The position numbers were made by a program, and so were the translations under genes. 64,000 nt of DNA from an uncultured Spirochaetota bacterium (GTDB lineage Bacteria > Spirochaetota > Spirochaetia > SZUA-6 > Fen-1364), in assembly GCA_963734545.1 (NCBI GenBank), contig CAVTHO010000005.1, forward strand, positions 416,001-480,000. Reading direction: 5' to 3'. Positions 33,216-43,874 of this stretch are shown here, one piece after another. Numbering within the stretch: position 1 is the stretch's first letter; the number at the start of each line of letters is the position of its first letter. The notes under the pieces were generated by a model. It saw only the letters and a program-made list of their open reading frames with translations. It searched no databases and was not told the origin of the DNA.

Positions 33216-33377
33216 ACAAGGATGTCGAGGGCGAGCGAGTCCAGGGATGGACGAGAGCGAGCCCGTAGACCTTCCGCGGTACTCCGCGGAGTTGGATGCG
33301 TAGCACGCCAAGGGCGTGCGGAGGGCGTCAGGTGTCCGCGAAGCGGACACCGAGAGCCGAGAGGGCGGCCGACCCTA
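33210..33377 (-). repeat. REP-like modular palindromic element, long copy C
   Basis: Minus strand: TAG-GGTCGGCC..hairpins..CATCCA-ACTCCGCGGAGTACCGCGGAAGGT-CTACGG-GCTCGCTCTCG-TCCATCCCTGGA-CTCGCTCGCCCTCG-ACATCCTTGT-CTACGG. Confidence 0.8.
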
Positions 33378-35279
33378 GAACTTGAATACCTCCAGCAGGG
33401 CGGTGGTCATCCATGGCACGTAGGTGATGACCAGGACAGCGGCGAGCATGACGAGCTGGAAGGGGATCACGTCCCGGTAGATCTGGATCACCGGTTTCTC
33501 GAACCTGTAGGAGGCGAGGAACAGGTTGAGGCCCAGAGGCGGGGTCACATACCCCAGCTCGAGATTGGCCAGGAAGATGATCCCCAGGTGCACGGGGTTG
33601 ATTCCGTACGCCACGGCCAGCGGGGTGATGAGCGGCACCACGATGGTGATGGCGGAAAAGATGTCGATGAAGAATCCCTTGATCAGGAGAACCAGGTTCA
33701 ACAGTATGAGGAACACGTAGGGCGAGTGCACGTAGGCGCGCAGCCATTGCGTGAGCTCCTGGGGGATCTGGGCATCCACGATGTAGTAGGACAGCCCGCT
33801 TGCGCACGCGAGGATGATGAGGATCCCCCCGAGGATGACCACGCTCTTCAGGAACACGGCCGGAAGCTGACGGATCTTCAGGTCCCGGTGGATCACGACC
33901 TCCAGGAACAGGGCGTAGATCACCGCCACCGCGCCCGTCTCCACGAGAGTCGTGACGCCGCGCAGGAACAGCACAAGGATGAGGAAGGGCAGGATGATCT
34001 CTCCGAGGGATTTCCAGAGCGCCTCGAGGGCCTGCCGGAGATCAAGGGCAGTGCGCGCCACCTTGTCCCTGCGCGCCCTCCAGATGCCCATGGCGGCAAG
34101 GCTGAGCACGAGGAAGGTCGCCCGGGAGGATGCCTCCGACGAACATCTGCTTGATGTTCGTGAGCGATACCACCCCGTAGAGGATCACGGGCAGGCTCGG
34201 CGGAAAGAGCAGGCCGATGCTTCCGGATGCAGTCAGCAGGCCTCGTCCGAACCGCTCGTTGTATCCGCCGCCTTTGAGGATGAACAGCAGCAGGCGTCCC
34301 GACCGCGATGATCGTGACCCCTGAAGCTCCCGTGAACGTGGTGAGGAATGCACAGATGAGGATGCTCATGAGGGCGAGGCCCCCGGGCAGCCAGCCGAAG
34401 AGCGTGCGGAAGAGCCTCACCAGCCGTTCACCGGATTTGCTCTCCGAGATGATATAGCCGGCCAGGGTGAACAGGGGGATCGAGGGAATGACGTCCCCCG
34501 TGATCATCGTGAAGGCCTGGTTGGCCGCGGTTTCCAGGGCGCCGTCCGCGTGGAAGAAGAACAGCAGCGCCAGGCCGCCGACCAGGACAAAGATGGGTCC
34601 GCCCAGGAAGACGCTCACGATCAGCACGATGATGAGGGGCAGGTACAGGGCGGAGAGGACCGGGCCGACCGCGGCCGCGAATGCCGGTCCGGCCGTGGAA
34701 AGCCATTCCGCGGCAGGCGACGCGCCGGGCAGAAGCGCCTGTACGGCATTCACCAGGGGTGTCCACCCGATGACCAGGCCGACAGGCACGCCCAGCAGGG
34801 CAATCCACCTTCGGCCGCTTCCCCGGGCAGGTGTCAGCACGAACCTGAGCGTCATGAAGCCGAAGCCGATGGGCATGATGAGCGCCGCGATCCGGATGGG
34901 GATGAATCCGACGCTCTGCGACGGGTCGAAAGCCGGACAGCACGAAGGAGAGGGCGGAGCCGGCCTGCACCGTGCAGATGGCCGTCGACACGAACGAGGT
35001 GCCGGTCGTCACCCACAGGCGCGCTTTCTCCGGTATTCTGTCGATCCCGATGCTCAATGAAAGGTGACTTTTCTCGCGCGTGGTGATCATGGCGCCGGCG
35101 AATGAGATCCACAGGACAAGGTAGCGGATGTAGTCGTTCGAGGCGCGCAGCGTCGGAAACCCGAGCACGCGCGCGACGATCGTGATCGCGAGAATCAGCG
35201 TGATGAGGATGAGCAGGGCCGGCGTGAAGGCGTTTTCCGCCGCGTGGACGGCCCTGCGCAAAGACACTTTCCGCATCAT
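33375..35279 (-). CDS. Fused TRAP transporter DctQ-DctM permease (about 3 frameshifts)
   Basis: Q part (GAMITTREKSHLSL); M motifs IPLFTLAG, SGSIGLLFPPS, PVHLGII, TPPLGLNLF spread over four frames. Confidence 0.85.
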
Positions 35280-35308
35280 CGTGAAGGTACCCGCGGATGC
35301 GGGGAACT

Positions 35309-35992
35309 TCAAGACGGCAGCACCCTGAGCCGGTAGCCGACGCCCGGTTCGGTGATGATCAGCTCGGGCATCTGCGGGTTGGATTCGATCTTCTTCCTGA
35401 GGCCCGTGATGTACACACGCAGGTAATTGGTTTCTTCGTCCATGTTCGGGCCCCACACCTCCCTGAGGAGCTGCCGGTGGGTGAGGATCCGGCCCGCGTG
35501 CTGCACGAACAGGCGCAGGAGCCCGTACTCCGTCGGAGTCAGCTTCACGGGGTCCCCTGCCACCTTCACCTGCCTGTCCAGCAGGTCCACGGAGAGTCGG
35601 CCGGTGGCGAAGACCTCCTGCGCTTCCTGGGGTGCGCGGTGGCGGATCGCCACCTTCATGCGGGCAATCAGCTCGCCGGTGTTGAACGGTTTGATGACGT
35701 AGTCATCCGCTCCGGCGTCCAGGAGATGCACGATGTCCTCCTCCGCGTTCCTCACCGAGAGGATGATCACGGGGACCGTTGACCATGACCGGAGCTCCGC
35801 CAGGATCGCGGCTCCGTCCCTGTCAGGAAGCCCCAGGTCCAGCAGCACGAGGTCGGGCTTCTTGCCCAGCACCATCTGCAGACCGTCCCCGCCGGTGGCC
35901 GCCTCATGCACCGCGTATCCCAGCTTTTCCAGCGTGACGCGCAGGAGTCTGCGGATCTGCACCTCGTCGTCGATCACCAGGACGCTGGTCAC
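35309..35992 (-). CDS. kdpE: KdpE response regulator
   Basis: LDLGLPD, LTPTEY, LTHRQLLREVWG, TEPGVGYR; coupled to kdpD. Confidence 0.92.
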   Translation of the reverse strand: MTSVLVIDDEVQIRRLLRVTLEKLGYAVHEAATGGDGLQMVLGKKPDLVLLDLGLPDRDGAAILAELRSWSTVPVIILSVRNAEEDIVHLLDAGADDYVIKPFNTGELIARMKVAIRHRAPQEAQEVFATGRLSVDLLDRQVKVAGDPVKLTPTEYGLLRLFVQHAGRILTHRQLLREVWGPNMDEETNYLRVYITGLRKKIESNPQMPELIITEPGVGYRLRVLPS

Positions 35993-38676
35993 GTTGACTC
36001 CGGTCGCGCCGGATCGGCAACCGTGACGATGCTGTCCGGCAGGATGATGCTGATCGAAAGACCGCCCTTGCGGTTGACGTAGGCGGTGATGCGTCCCCCA
36101 TGGGCCTCGACGATGCCCTTGCAGATCGAAAGTCCGAGCCCGACCCCCCCTGTTGCCGCCCTTTTGCCCCGGAAAAAAGTGTCGAAAAGATGCGGCAATT
36201 CCTCGGGAGCCACCCCGGGCCCCTCGTCCGCCACCGTGATCCCGATACCGTTTTCGATTCTTTCGACGCCGAGCTGGATCGGCGTGCCGGCCGGCGTGTG
36301 CTTCGCCGAGTTGGTGAGGATGTTGGTGAGCACCTGCACCATGAGGATGAAATCCATCGATACGGCGGGAACCGATTCGTCGATGCTGATCGACAACGGG
36401 TGATCTTTCGACTGCCGGCGCAGGGCGTCGGCCACCACGGACACAAGGTCGAAAATATCGGTTTCCGACCTCTTGAGCTTGAGCATTCCCGATTCGAGCC
36501 GGCTCATGCTGAGCAGGTTCTCCACGATCGCGTTCAGCCTGTCTGTCGCGGTGAGCGTTTCCGCCAGGAGCAGGTCCCTGGTCTCGGGGTCTTCAGCCGT
36601 GGAGGCGTCCATCAGCGCCGTGATCGAACCCTTGATCGCGGTGAGCGGTGTACGCAGCTCATGGGAAACGGTGTTGAGGAGGACCCGGCCCAGGCGCTCG
36701 GATTCGCGCGCCATGAGGTTCCTGCGGTTCTCCTCAGACAGGAGCTCTCTCTCTATGGAGACGGCCAGGGACCTGCCGAGCATCTGGAGGGAATCCTCGT
36801 GGTCCTGCAACCAGCTCTTGCCCTCCGCCAGGCTGATGCCCAGAACCCCGACCGCAGAGTCGGGGGTCAGCAGGGGAATATAATGGAACCGCGCCATGTG
36901 CAGGGTGTCCGTGTACCTGCCGCAGGGGGTGCGGCTGTCGAAGCACCAGCGCGCCACGCCGAACTCCTTCTCGTCGATTTCGGCCGTCTTCAGTGCGCGC
37001 GCGTTTCTCTCCAGCCCCCCCGTGTCGTCCCTGAGGAACACGATCATGTCCGCTTCGATGTACCGGGAGATGTATTCCAGTCCTGTGAGCACGATGTCAG
37101 ACAGCGTGCGGGGGAGGGAGAGCGCCTGGGAAAAGTCCAGGAGCAGAGACAATCGTCGTGCACGCACCGAAAGCATGACCTGGTTGGTCCGGATGCGAGA
37201 CATGAGGAAGGCCAGGGCAGCGGCGGTCACGAAGAAAAGGAAGAACATCAGAATATCTTCGAGCTTGCTGATCGAGAACGTGAAGCGCGGGGGGATGAAG
37301 AAGTAGTCCCACAACAGGGCGCTCAGGCCCGCGGAAATGAGCACCGAAACTCTATTGGCGAAAAAAGCAACTCCGATCACGGCGAGGAGATAGAGGATCG
37401 AGACGGAACGGTAGCCGACCACGGGAAGCGCAGCGAGGCTGATGACCGTCACAACGGCGATGGCGAGGAGCATCTTGGCGATCGAGGCCCGCTCGGGCCG
37501 CAGGTAGGAGGAAAGCGGCACCCGGGGCCGAGAGAGGGCGGTGCCCGTCTCCTGGACCACTGCAATGTCGATGTCACCGCTCATACGCAGGAGATTCTCC
37601 GCGATGCTCCGCCCGCGGAAAGGCCGGACCCGGCCGACCAGGCCGGATTTGCCCACTACTATTTCGGTGATGGCGTTGGCCCGTGCGAAGCGAATGACGG
37701 CAAGGGGCACATTATCCGAAGGGATGGTCACCACCGCGGCTCCGAGCGAGCGCGCGAGATTCATGTTTTTCCTCAGCGTCTCCTGAGCCGCCTCACCGAG
37801 CGGCGTCCCGATCTCGACGTAGAGGACGGTCCATTCCGCTTTCAGGTTGAATGCCCTTTGCCGGGTCCAGCGGATGAGGTGAGCAGAGTTCGGGCTCGCG
37901 CTGATGGCCACCAGGAGGCGTTCACCCGACAATGCCGAGGTTGGCTGACTTTGTTCCTGGGCGTAGTCTGCGAGCTGGTGTGTGACGAGGAGTGCCGTGT
38001 GGCGCAGCGCCATCTCGCGCAGGGCGGTCAGCGTGCTTTTCTTGAAGAAGTTGTCCGCTGCCGCCTGCGCTCTTTCCCCGAGGTAGACCTTTCCTTCTGC
38101 AAGGCGCTTCAGGAGTTCTTCAGGGGAAATATCGATCAAGACCACCTGGTCCGCCGTGTCGAACACCGAATCCGGTATCCGCTCCATGATCGTGATGCCG
38201 GTGATCTCTTCCACCGTGTCGGCGAACCCTTCCAGGTGCTGCACATTGACCGTAGTGAATACGTCGATGCCGCGATCGATGAGCTCCAGGACATCCTGGT
38301 ATCTCTTCCTGTTGCGTGCGCCGGGGGCATTGGTATGCGCCAGCTCGTCCACGAGCACCAGGCCGGGTCTCCGGGCAAGAACCGCGTCGAGGTCCATCTC
38401 CTGAAGCGTCTTCCCCCGATACTCCAGGCTCATCCGGGGAACGAGCTCGATTCCGGCGGCAAGCTCATCCGTTTCTTTTCTCTGATGGCTTTCCAGGTAG
38501 CCGATGACCACATCGACGCCTTCTTCCTTCTTCTGTATTCCCTCCTTGAGCATGGAGAAAGTCTTGCCCACACCTGCGGCCATGCCGAAGAATACCTTGA
38601 GCTTCCCTTTTCCGCTCTGCTCCCTTTCTGCGATACGGAGAAGAGCATCAGGATCCGGTCGTCCTTCGTCACTCAC
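35989..38676 (-). CDS. kdpD: KdpD sensor kinase
   Basis: RPDPDALL, GMAAGVGKT, VDELAHTN, NVQHLE, USP domain, 4 TM, GAF, SHELRTPL. Confidence 0.95.
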   Translation of the reverse strand: MSDEGRPDPDALLRIAEREQSGKGKLKVFFGMAAGVGKTFSMLKEGIQKKEEGVDVVIGYLESHQRKETDELAAGIELVPRMSLEYRGKTLQEMDLDAVLARRPGLVLVDELAHTNAPGARNRKRYQDVLELIDRGIDVFTTVNVQHLEGFADTVEEITGITIMERIPDSVFDTADQVVLIDISPEELLKRLAEGKVYLGERAQAAADNFFKKSTLTALREMALRHTALLVTHQLADYAQEQSQPTSALSGERLLVAISASPNSAHLIRWTRQRAFNLKAEWTVLYVEIGTPLGEAAQETLRKNMNLARSLGAAVVTIPSDNVPLAVIRFARANAITEIVVGKSGLVGRVRPFRGRSIAENLLRMSGDIDIAVVQETGTALSRPRVPLSSYLRPERASIAKMLLAIAVVTVISLAALPVVGYRSVSILYLLAVIGVAFFANRVSVLISAGLSALLWDYFFIPPRFTFSISKLEDILMFFLFFVTAAALAFLMSRIRTNQVMLSVRARRLSLLLDFSQALSLPRTLSDIVLTGLEYISRYIEADMIVFLRDDTGGLERNARALKTAEIDEKEFGVARWCFDSRTPCGRYTDTLHMARFHYIPLLTPDSAVGVLGISLAEGKSWLQDHEDSLQMLGRSLAVSIERELLSEENRRNLMARESERLGRVLLNTVSHELRTPLTAIKGSITALMDASTAEDPETRDLLLAETLTATDRLNAIVENLLSMSRLESGMLKLKRSETDIFDLVSVVADALRRQSKDHPLSISIDESVPAVSMDFILMVQVLTNILTNSAKHTPAGTPIQLGVERIENGIGITVADEGPGVAPEELPHLFDTFFRGKRAATGGVGLGLSICKGIVEAHGGRITAYVNRKGGLSISIILPDSIVTVADPARPEST

Positions 38677-38737
38677 AGAGGCTCGTCCTTTTGCCGTGAA
38701 GGGTACAGCGGCCCGGGCTTCTAGAAAAGGCCCGTGT

Positions 38738-39385
38738 TCAACGGGACGCGCGCTGCAGGGCAAGATACGCGGCAGAGCCATTCACGTTTTCATTGCCGGC
38801 AGCCAGATCGAGCGCAGTTTTCCCCCCGCGGTTCTTCAGCTCCGTTGCGGCACCCGCATCGAGCAGACGGCCGAGCACGAGGGGGTTCACATTGAACTCC
38901 GCGGCGAACATGAGGGGCGTCATGCCCGACTCATCGCTGGCGTTCATCTCCGCCCCAGCCGCCAGAAGGGCGCCGAGCACTTTCTCGTTTGGATTGTATC
39001 GTGCGGCCAGCATCAGGGCGGTAGACCCGAAGAAATCCCTGTCCTGGACCCGGGCGCCTGCGTCGAGGAGCGCCTGCAGGGTTCTTGTGCTCTTGTTGGA
39101 GCGTGCCGCGTACATGAGCGGGGTATCGTCCAAGGAGTCTTTCTCCCAGACGTGCGCGCCGGCGGCAAGAAGCATGGACACCACGTCGGGATCCTGATTG
39201 CTGCCTGCCGCTGCCATAAGCGGCGTGACCCCGAGCCTGTCACTTTGTCCTGCGCTCGCACCCTCCATGATCGCTGCGAGCACCTGCTTCGACGTCCCAA
39301 AGGCGGCGATGTCGTAAAAGCTCGTCTGTGCGCCCGCCAAAGAACCGAGCAGCAGCAGCACCGCGCACGCCGTGGTTCTTTTCAT
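38738..39385 (-). CDS. Exported ankyrin-repeat protein
   Basis: Signal peptide, then about 5 repeats at a 34-aa period (GVTPLMAAA, DTPLMYAA, GSTALMLAA, GMTPLMFAA, GKTALDLA); ATGA overlap with kdpC. Confidence 0.88.
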   Translation of the reverse strand: MKRTTACAVLLLLGSLAGAQTSFYDIAAFGTSKQVLAAIMEGASAGQSDRLGVTPLMAAAGSNQDPDVVSMLLAAGAHVWEKDSLDDTPLMYAARSNKSTRTLQALLDAGARVQDRDFFGSTALMLAARYNPNEKVLGALLAAGAEMNASDESGMTPLMFAAEFNVNPLVLGRLLDAGAATELKNRGGKTALDLAAGNENVNGSAAYLALQRASR

Positions 39386-39957
39386 TTCTGCGCGGGGAAC
39401 GCCGCATCGAGGGCGAGATTCAGCAGGAGGACGTTGACGCGCCGCTCGCCAAGGAATCCGAGCTGAGGGCCCTCCTCGGAGCGCTTCACCAGCGCGAGAA
39501 GCCCTGCCGCAGAGTCCGAGGACAGGTGGCGCGCAGCCGCTACCCGCGGCACCTGGAGCTCCGCTGCCCCGGGGCTGATGTGCGGGTCCAGGCCGCTGCC
39601 GGAAGCGAAGAGCATGTCCATGGGCGGCTCCCCGGCTCCATAGGATTTCTGCCAATCCGCCTTGTTCTGCGTGTATGCCTTTTTCAAGTCCGCGCTCGTC
39701 CACCCCTTGTTGCTCGCACCTGAAGAGGACGGGTCGTAGCCGATAACCGAGGGCCGGGAATGAAAGTACGTGTCGTTGGAGAAGTCCTGTCCGATCAACG
39801 TCGAACCGACCACCTTCCCATTCTTCTCGACGAGGCTGCCCTGCGCCTGCCCGGGGAAGAATACGATGCCGACCCCATACATGAGCAGCGGGTACATGCC
39901 GCCCACGACGATTGTCCAGAAGATCGTGACGATAATTGCCGTTCGTACTGGTTTCAT
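39382..39957 (-). CDS. kdpC: K+-transporting ATPase subunit C
   Basis: GSTLIGQDF, YFHSRPS, SGSGLDPHIS, VNVLLLNLALD. Confidence 0.96.
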   Translation of the reverse strand: MKPVRTAIIVTIFWTIVVGGMYPLLMYGVGIVFFPGQAQGSLVEKNGKVVGSTLIGQDFSNDTYFHSRPSVIGYDPSSSGASNKGWTSADLKKAYTQNKADWQKSYGAGEPPMDMLFASGSGLDPHISPGAAELQVPRVAAARHLSSDSAAGLLALVKRSEEGPQLGFLGERRVNVLLLNLALDAAFPAQK

Positions 39958-39970
39958 ACGATTTCTCCTC

Positions 39971-42046
39971 TCACGCCAGGCCGATCACGTGGACCAGAAG
40001 GTCGATCGCCTTGATGCCGATGAAGGGAGCGATGATCCCTCCCACGCCGTAGATAAGCAGATTTCTTCTCAGGATCCGGATGGACCCGACGGCGCGGTAG
40101 CGCACCCCCCGGAGCGCCAACGGGATCAGGGCTACGATGATGAGCGCGTTGAAAATGACCGCCGAAAGCACCGCGCTCTGCGGTGAGGCCAACTGCATTA
40201 CATTCAACGCCCCAAGCGGCCCCACGCCCCCTGCTGCAGCGTATAGTCCGAGGAACATGGCGGGCAGGATCGCGAAGAACTTGGCCACGTCGTTTGCAAT
40301 GCTGAACGTGGTGAGCGCCCCGCGCGTCATGAGCTGCTCTTTGCCCACTTCGACAATGTCAATCAGCTTGGTGGGATTCGAATCCAGGTCCACCATGTTT
40401 CCCGCTTCGCGCGCCACCTGGGTGCCCGAGCTCATCGCTACTCCCACGTCGGCCTGTGCCAGGGCCGGCGCGTCGTTCGTGCCGTCCCCAATCATCGCCA
40501 CCAGATGGCCGCTCTTCTGCTCGGCGCGGATGCGCTCGAGCTTTGCCTGCGGTGTGGCCTCCGCGATGTAGTCGTCGACTCCTGCCTCTGCGGCAATCGT
40601 TGCGGCCGTGAGGGGATTGTCGCCCGTGATCATGATCGAGCGAATTCCCATCTTGCGGAGGTGGAAAAGGCGATCCTTGATGCCTCCCTTTACGACATCT
40701 TTCAGGTACACGACACCGAGAACCTCTTTGTTGCGTGCCACTGCCAGAGGTGTCCCGCCTTCGGCAGAGATCTGGCTGACCCGGCCGCTCACTTCTGCCG
40801 GGAAGGTCCCGCCCGCGGACACGACCCATTCCTTGACCGCTTCCGCGGCGCCTTTCCTGATGCTCTTCCGCGAATCCGTGAAATCCACGCCGCTCATGCG
40901 TGTCTTGGCGGAGAAGGGCACGAACTTGCCCCCGATCTCAATCATGCTCCCGGCCTTGACTGGATAGTTCCTCCGGGCAAAGTTGACGATCGATCTGCCT
41001 TCGGGGGTCTCATCCGCAAGGGAGGCGAGCAGAGCCGCCTCTGCAAGGCTGTTCTCCTGCACCCCCATTGCAGGGTAGAAGGCCGATGCCATCCTGTTGC
41101 CCATTGTGACGGTGCCCGTCTTGTCCAACAGCATCACGTCGATGTCCCCGGCAGCATCCACTGCGCGGCCGCTGAGTGCGAGCACGTTTTTTTTAATAAG
41201 CCTGCTCACGCTGCTGATCCCGATGGCCGAAAGAAGTCCTCCGATCGTCGTCGGGATAAGGCAGACGAGCAGGGCGAAAAGGACCGCCGTTGTGACGAAG
41301 GCGCTCGTTCCGGACTGCTTGACGCTGTAGTCGGAGAAGAACCACAGCGTGCCCACTGCCGCGAGGAAGATGATGGAGAAGGCGGAGAGGAGTATGAGAA
41401 GGGCGATTTCACCCGGGGTCTTCTGCCGGGTGGCATTCTCCACCAGGGCTATCAGTCGGTCTACGAAGGTTTTTCCCTGCTCCGCGGTGATACGGACGAT
41501 GATTCTGTCGCTGATGACCTTGGTTCCGCCCGTCACTGCGCTCCTGTCGCCCCCGGACTCGCGGATCACGGGAGCAGATTCCCCGGTAATTGCGGACTCG
41601 TCAACGCTCGCGATCCCTTCGATGACTTCGCCGTCTCCCGGGATTACGTCTCCGGCTTCGCAGACGACCCGATCACCTACCCGCAGCTCTGCTGAGGCGA
41701 CCCTCTCTTCTCTTCCATTTTGAGAGGCGAGCCGGCGAGCGACAGTCTTTGTGCGCATCGCGCGCAGGGCATCAGCCCTGGCTTTGCCCTGGATCTCGGC
41801 CATGGACTCGGAGAAGTTGGCAAAGAGGACCGTGAACCATAGCCAGATTGCGATCTGCAGGTTGAATCCGTCGAAGACCCCGCGCACCAGTCCGGCGATG
41901 AACACCACCGAGATGAACACGGAGCCGACCCAGACCATGAACATGACCGGATTCCTGATCTCTTTCCGCGGATCGAGCTTGAGAAAGGCCATTCCCACCG
42001 CGCGGCTCAGGATGGGGAAGCTCCACAATTGTATTTCTTTGCGCAT
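39971..42046 (-). CDS. kdpB: K+-transporting ATPase subunit B
   Basis: [29 protein letters not shown]. Confidence 0.97.
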   Translation of the reverse strand: MRKEIQLWSFPILSRAVGMAFLKLDPRKEIRNPVMFMVWVGSVFISVVFIAGLVRGVFDGFNLQIAIWLWFTVLFANFSESMAEIQGKARADALRAMRTKTVARRLASQNGREERVASAELRVGDRVVCEAGDVIPGDGEVIEGIASVDESAITGESAPVIRESGGDRSAVTGGTKVISDRIIVRITAEQGKTFVDRLIALVENATRQKTPGEIALLILLSAFSIIFLAAVGTLWFFSDYSVKQSGTSAFVTTAVLFALLVCLIPTTIGGLLSAIGISSVSRLIKKNVLALSGRAVDAAGDIDVMLLDKTGTVTMGNRMASAFYPAMGVQENSLAEAALLASLADETPEGRSIVNFARRNYPVKAGSMIEIGGKFVPFSAKTRMSGVDFTDSRKSIRKGAAEAVKEWVVSAGGTFPAEVSGRVSQISAEGGTPLAVARNKEVLGVVYLKDVVKGGIKDRLFHLRKMGIRSIMITGDNPLTAATIAAEAGVDDYIAEATPQAKLERIRAEQKSGHLVAMIGDGTNDAPALAQADVGVAMSSGTQVAREAGNMVDLDSNPTKLIDIVEVGKEQLMTRGALTTFSIANDVAKFFAILPAMFLGLYAAAGGVGPLGALNVMQLASPQSAVLSAVIFNALIIVALIPLALRGVRYRAVGSIRILRRNLLIYGVGGIIAPFIGIKAIDLLVHVIGLA

Positions 42047-42074
42047 CCATGTCTCCTTTCAAGACAGCAACACC

Positions 42075-43787
42075 CTAGAACACCATGCCCTTGAGCATCA
42101 GGAAATGCTCCAGGATCGGACCCAGGGTCAGGGCGGGAAAGAAGTTCAGCCCCGCCAGGATGATGATCGTGATGATGAGCAGGACGACGAACGTCGTGTT
42201 GTTCGTGGCAAACGTTCCCACGCTTGGCGGGATGGGCGTCTTGGCGCCCAGGCTCCCTGCGATGGCCAGCACCGGCACGATAACGACGAATCGGCCCACG
42301 AGCATCGCGAACGCGAGAGTGACATTGTAGAAGACGTTGTTTGCACCAAGACCCGCGAAGGCGCTCCCGTTGTTGCCGACACCCGACGAGTACGCGTAGA
42401 GGATCTCCGAAAGCCCGTGAGGCCCTGCATTATTGAGAGTCGCGAGTCCTACCTTCGTGACAACCGCCGCGGCGGCGAGGAAAAGGATCGTCACCGTCTG
42501 GCCAATGATGGCGAGAACGGAGAGCTGCACTTCCCGTGATTCGATTTTCTTGCCGATGTACTCGGGTGTCCGTCCCACCATCAATCCCGCGAAGAACACG
42601 GTGATGAAGACGAAGACGAGCATGCCGTACATCCCGGCACCCACGCCGCCGTAGATGATCTCGCCGAGCATGATGTTGATCAGAGGTACCATGCCTCCGA
42701 GCGGGGAGAAGCTGTCGTGCATCGCATTGACTGAGCCGTTGGACACCACCGTGGTGGCCTCCGCCCACATCGCGCTTGCAGGGATGCCGAGGCGAACCTC
42801 CTTCCCCTCCATGGTACCGTGGCCGCCCGTCATGGAATTGAATCCGAGCTCGGCGACCAGGACCACAACCATTCCTATTGCGAAGACCGCCGTCTTGGCG
42901 GCAAAAAGGGCGCGTCCTTGGCTCTTGTCCTTGACCATGCGCCCAAACACGAACGGTATGGCAACGGGGATGAGGAGGATCGCAATCAATTCAAGCATGT
43001 TGCTGAAAGGCGTGGGATTCTCGAAAGGATGAGCGGAGTTCACGCCGAAGAATCCTCCGCCGTTGCTCCCCAGCTCCTTGATGGCGATCTGGGAGGCGGC
43101 GGGACCCATCGGCAGGATCTGATCTTTTCCTTCAAGAGTGACCCCGTGCACGTACGCCGAGAAGTTCTGTACCACCCCCTGCGACATGAGGAGGACCGTG
43201 AGGATCAAGGACAGGGGAATGAGCACGAAAAGCGTGGTGCGGGTCAGATCCACCCAGAAGTTGCCGAGGTGTGCGGGAGCCCTGCCGATGTTCTGGGCGG
43301 AAGGCCTGTTCCTGATCCCCCGAATGAGCGCCAGCGCCGCGGCCATGCCCGTTGCAGCGCTCAGGAAGTTGTGCACCGCGAGGCCTGCCATCTGGGAAAG
43401 GTAGCTCGCGCTCACCTCTCCGTTGTACGACTGCCAGTTCGTGTTGGTCATGAAACTGACGGCCGTGTTCAGAGCGAGATGCCACGACATGTTGGGAACG
43501 TGGGCGGGATTCAGCGGCAGCCACTGCTGAGTCATGAGCAGCGCCATGAGGCTGAGGAATCCGAACGCGTTGAAGATGAGGAGCGCGGCGAGGTACTGCT
43601 TCCAGTCCATCTCGCGCTCAGTGTGGATGCCGCTGATGCGATAGATCCCGCGCTCAACAGAACCAAGGAAGGAGAGCATGTGCCGCTCACCTTCGAAGAC
43701 CCGCGTCATGAACTTCGCAAGGAACGGGGCGAGCGCAAAGACGACGCCCAGGGACACGACGAGTTGCACCCAGTTTGCTGTGGTCAT
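42075..43787 (-). CDS. kdpA: K+-transporting ATPase subunit A
   Basis: TNTNWQSY, NGGGFF..SAHPFENP, SNGSVN, NNGSAF; GGAGG SD. Confidence 0.97.
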   Translation of the reverse strand: MTTANWVQLVVSLGVVFALAPFLAKFMTRVFEGERHMLSFLGSVERGIYRISGIHTEREMDWKQYLAALLIFNAFGFLSLMALLMTQQWLPLNPAHVPNMSWHLALNTAVSFMTNTNWQSYNGEVSASYLSQMAGLAVHNFLSAATGMAAALALIRGIRNRPSAQNIGRAPAHLGNFWVDLTRTTLFVLIPLSLILTVLLMSQGVVQNFSAYVHGVTLEGKDQILPMGPAASQIAIKELGSNGGGFFGVNSAHPFENPTPFSNMLELIAILLIPVAIPFVFGRMVKDKSQGRALFAAKTAVFAIGMVVVLVAELGFNSMTGGHGTMEGKEVRLGIPASAMWAEATTVVSNGSVNAMHDSFSPLGGMVPLINIMLGEIIYGGVGAGMYGMLVFVFITVFFAGLMVGRTPEYIGKKIESREVQLSVLAIIGQTVTILFLAAAAVVTKVGLATLNNAGPHGLSEILYAYSSGVGNNGSAFAGLGANNVFYNVTLAFAMLVGRFVVIVPVLAIAGSLGAKTPIPPSVGTFATNNTTFVVLLIITIIILAGLNFFPALTLGPILEHFLMLKGMVF

Positions 43788-43795
43788 GAATGCCT

Positions 43796-43874
43796 CCGTA
43801 GTCATGGATGACGAGGTCGGCCGAGGCCCTTCCGCGGTACCCCGCGGAGTTGGATGGCCGAAAGGCCGACCCTA
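43796..43874 (-). repeat. REP-like modular palindromic element, copy B (between kdpF and kdpA)
   Basis: Minus strand: TAG-GGTCGGCCTTTCGGCCATCCA-[ACTCCGCGGGGTACCGCGGAAG]-GGCCTCGGCCGACCTCG-TCATCCATGA-CTACGG. Confidence 0.82.

Noticed and set aside
33210-33377. Simple intrinsic terminator between convergent genes
   Set aside because: No U-tract, and homologous sequence also occurs inside the kdp operon; treated as a repeat element instead
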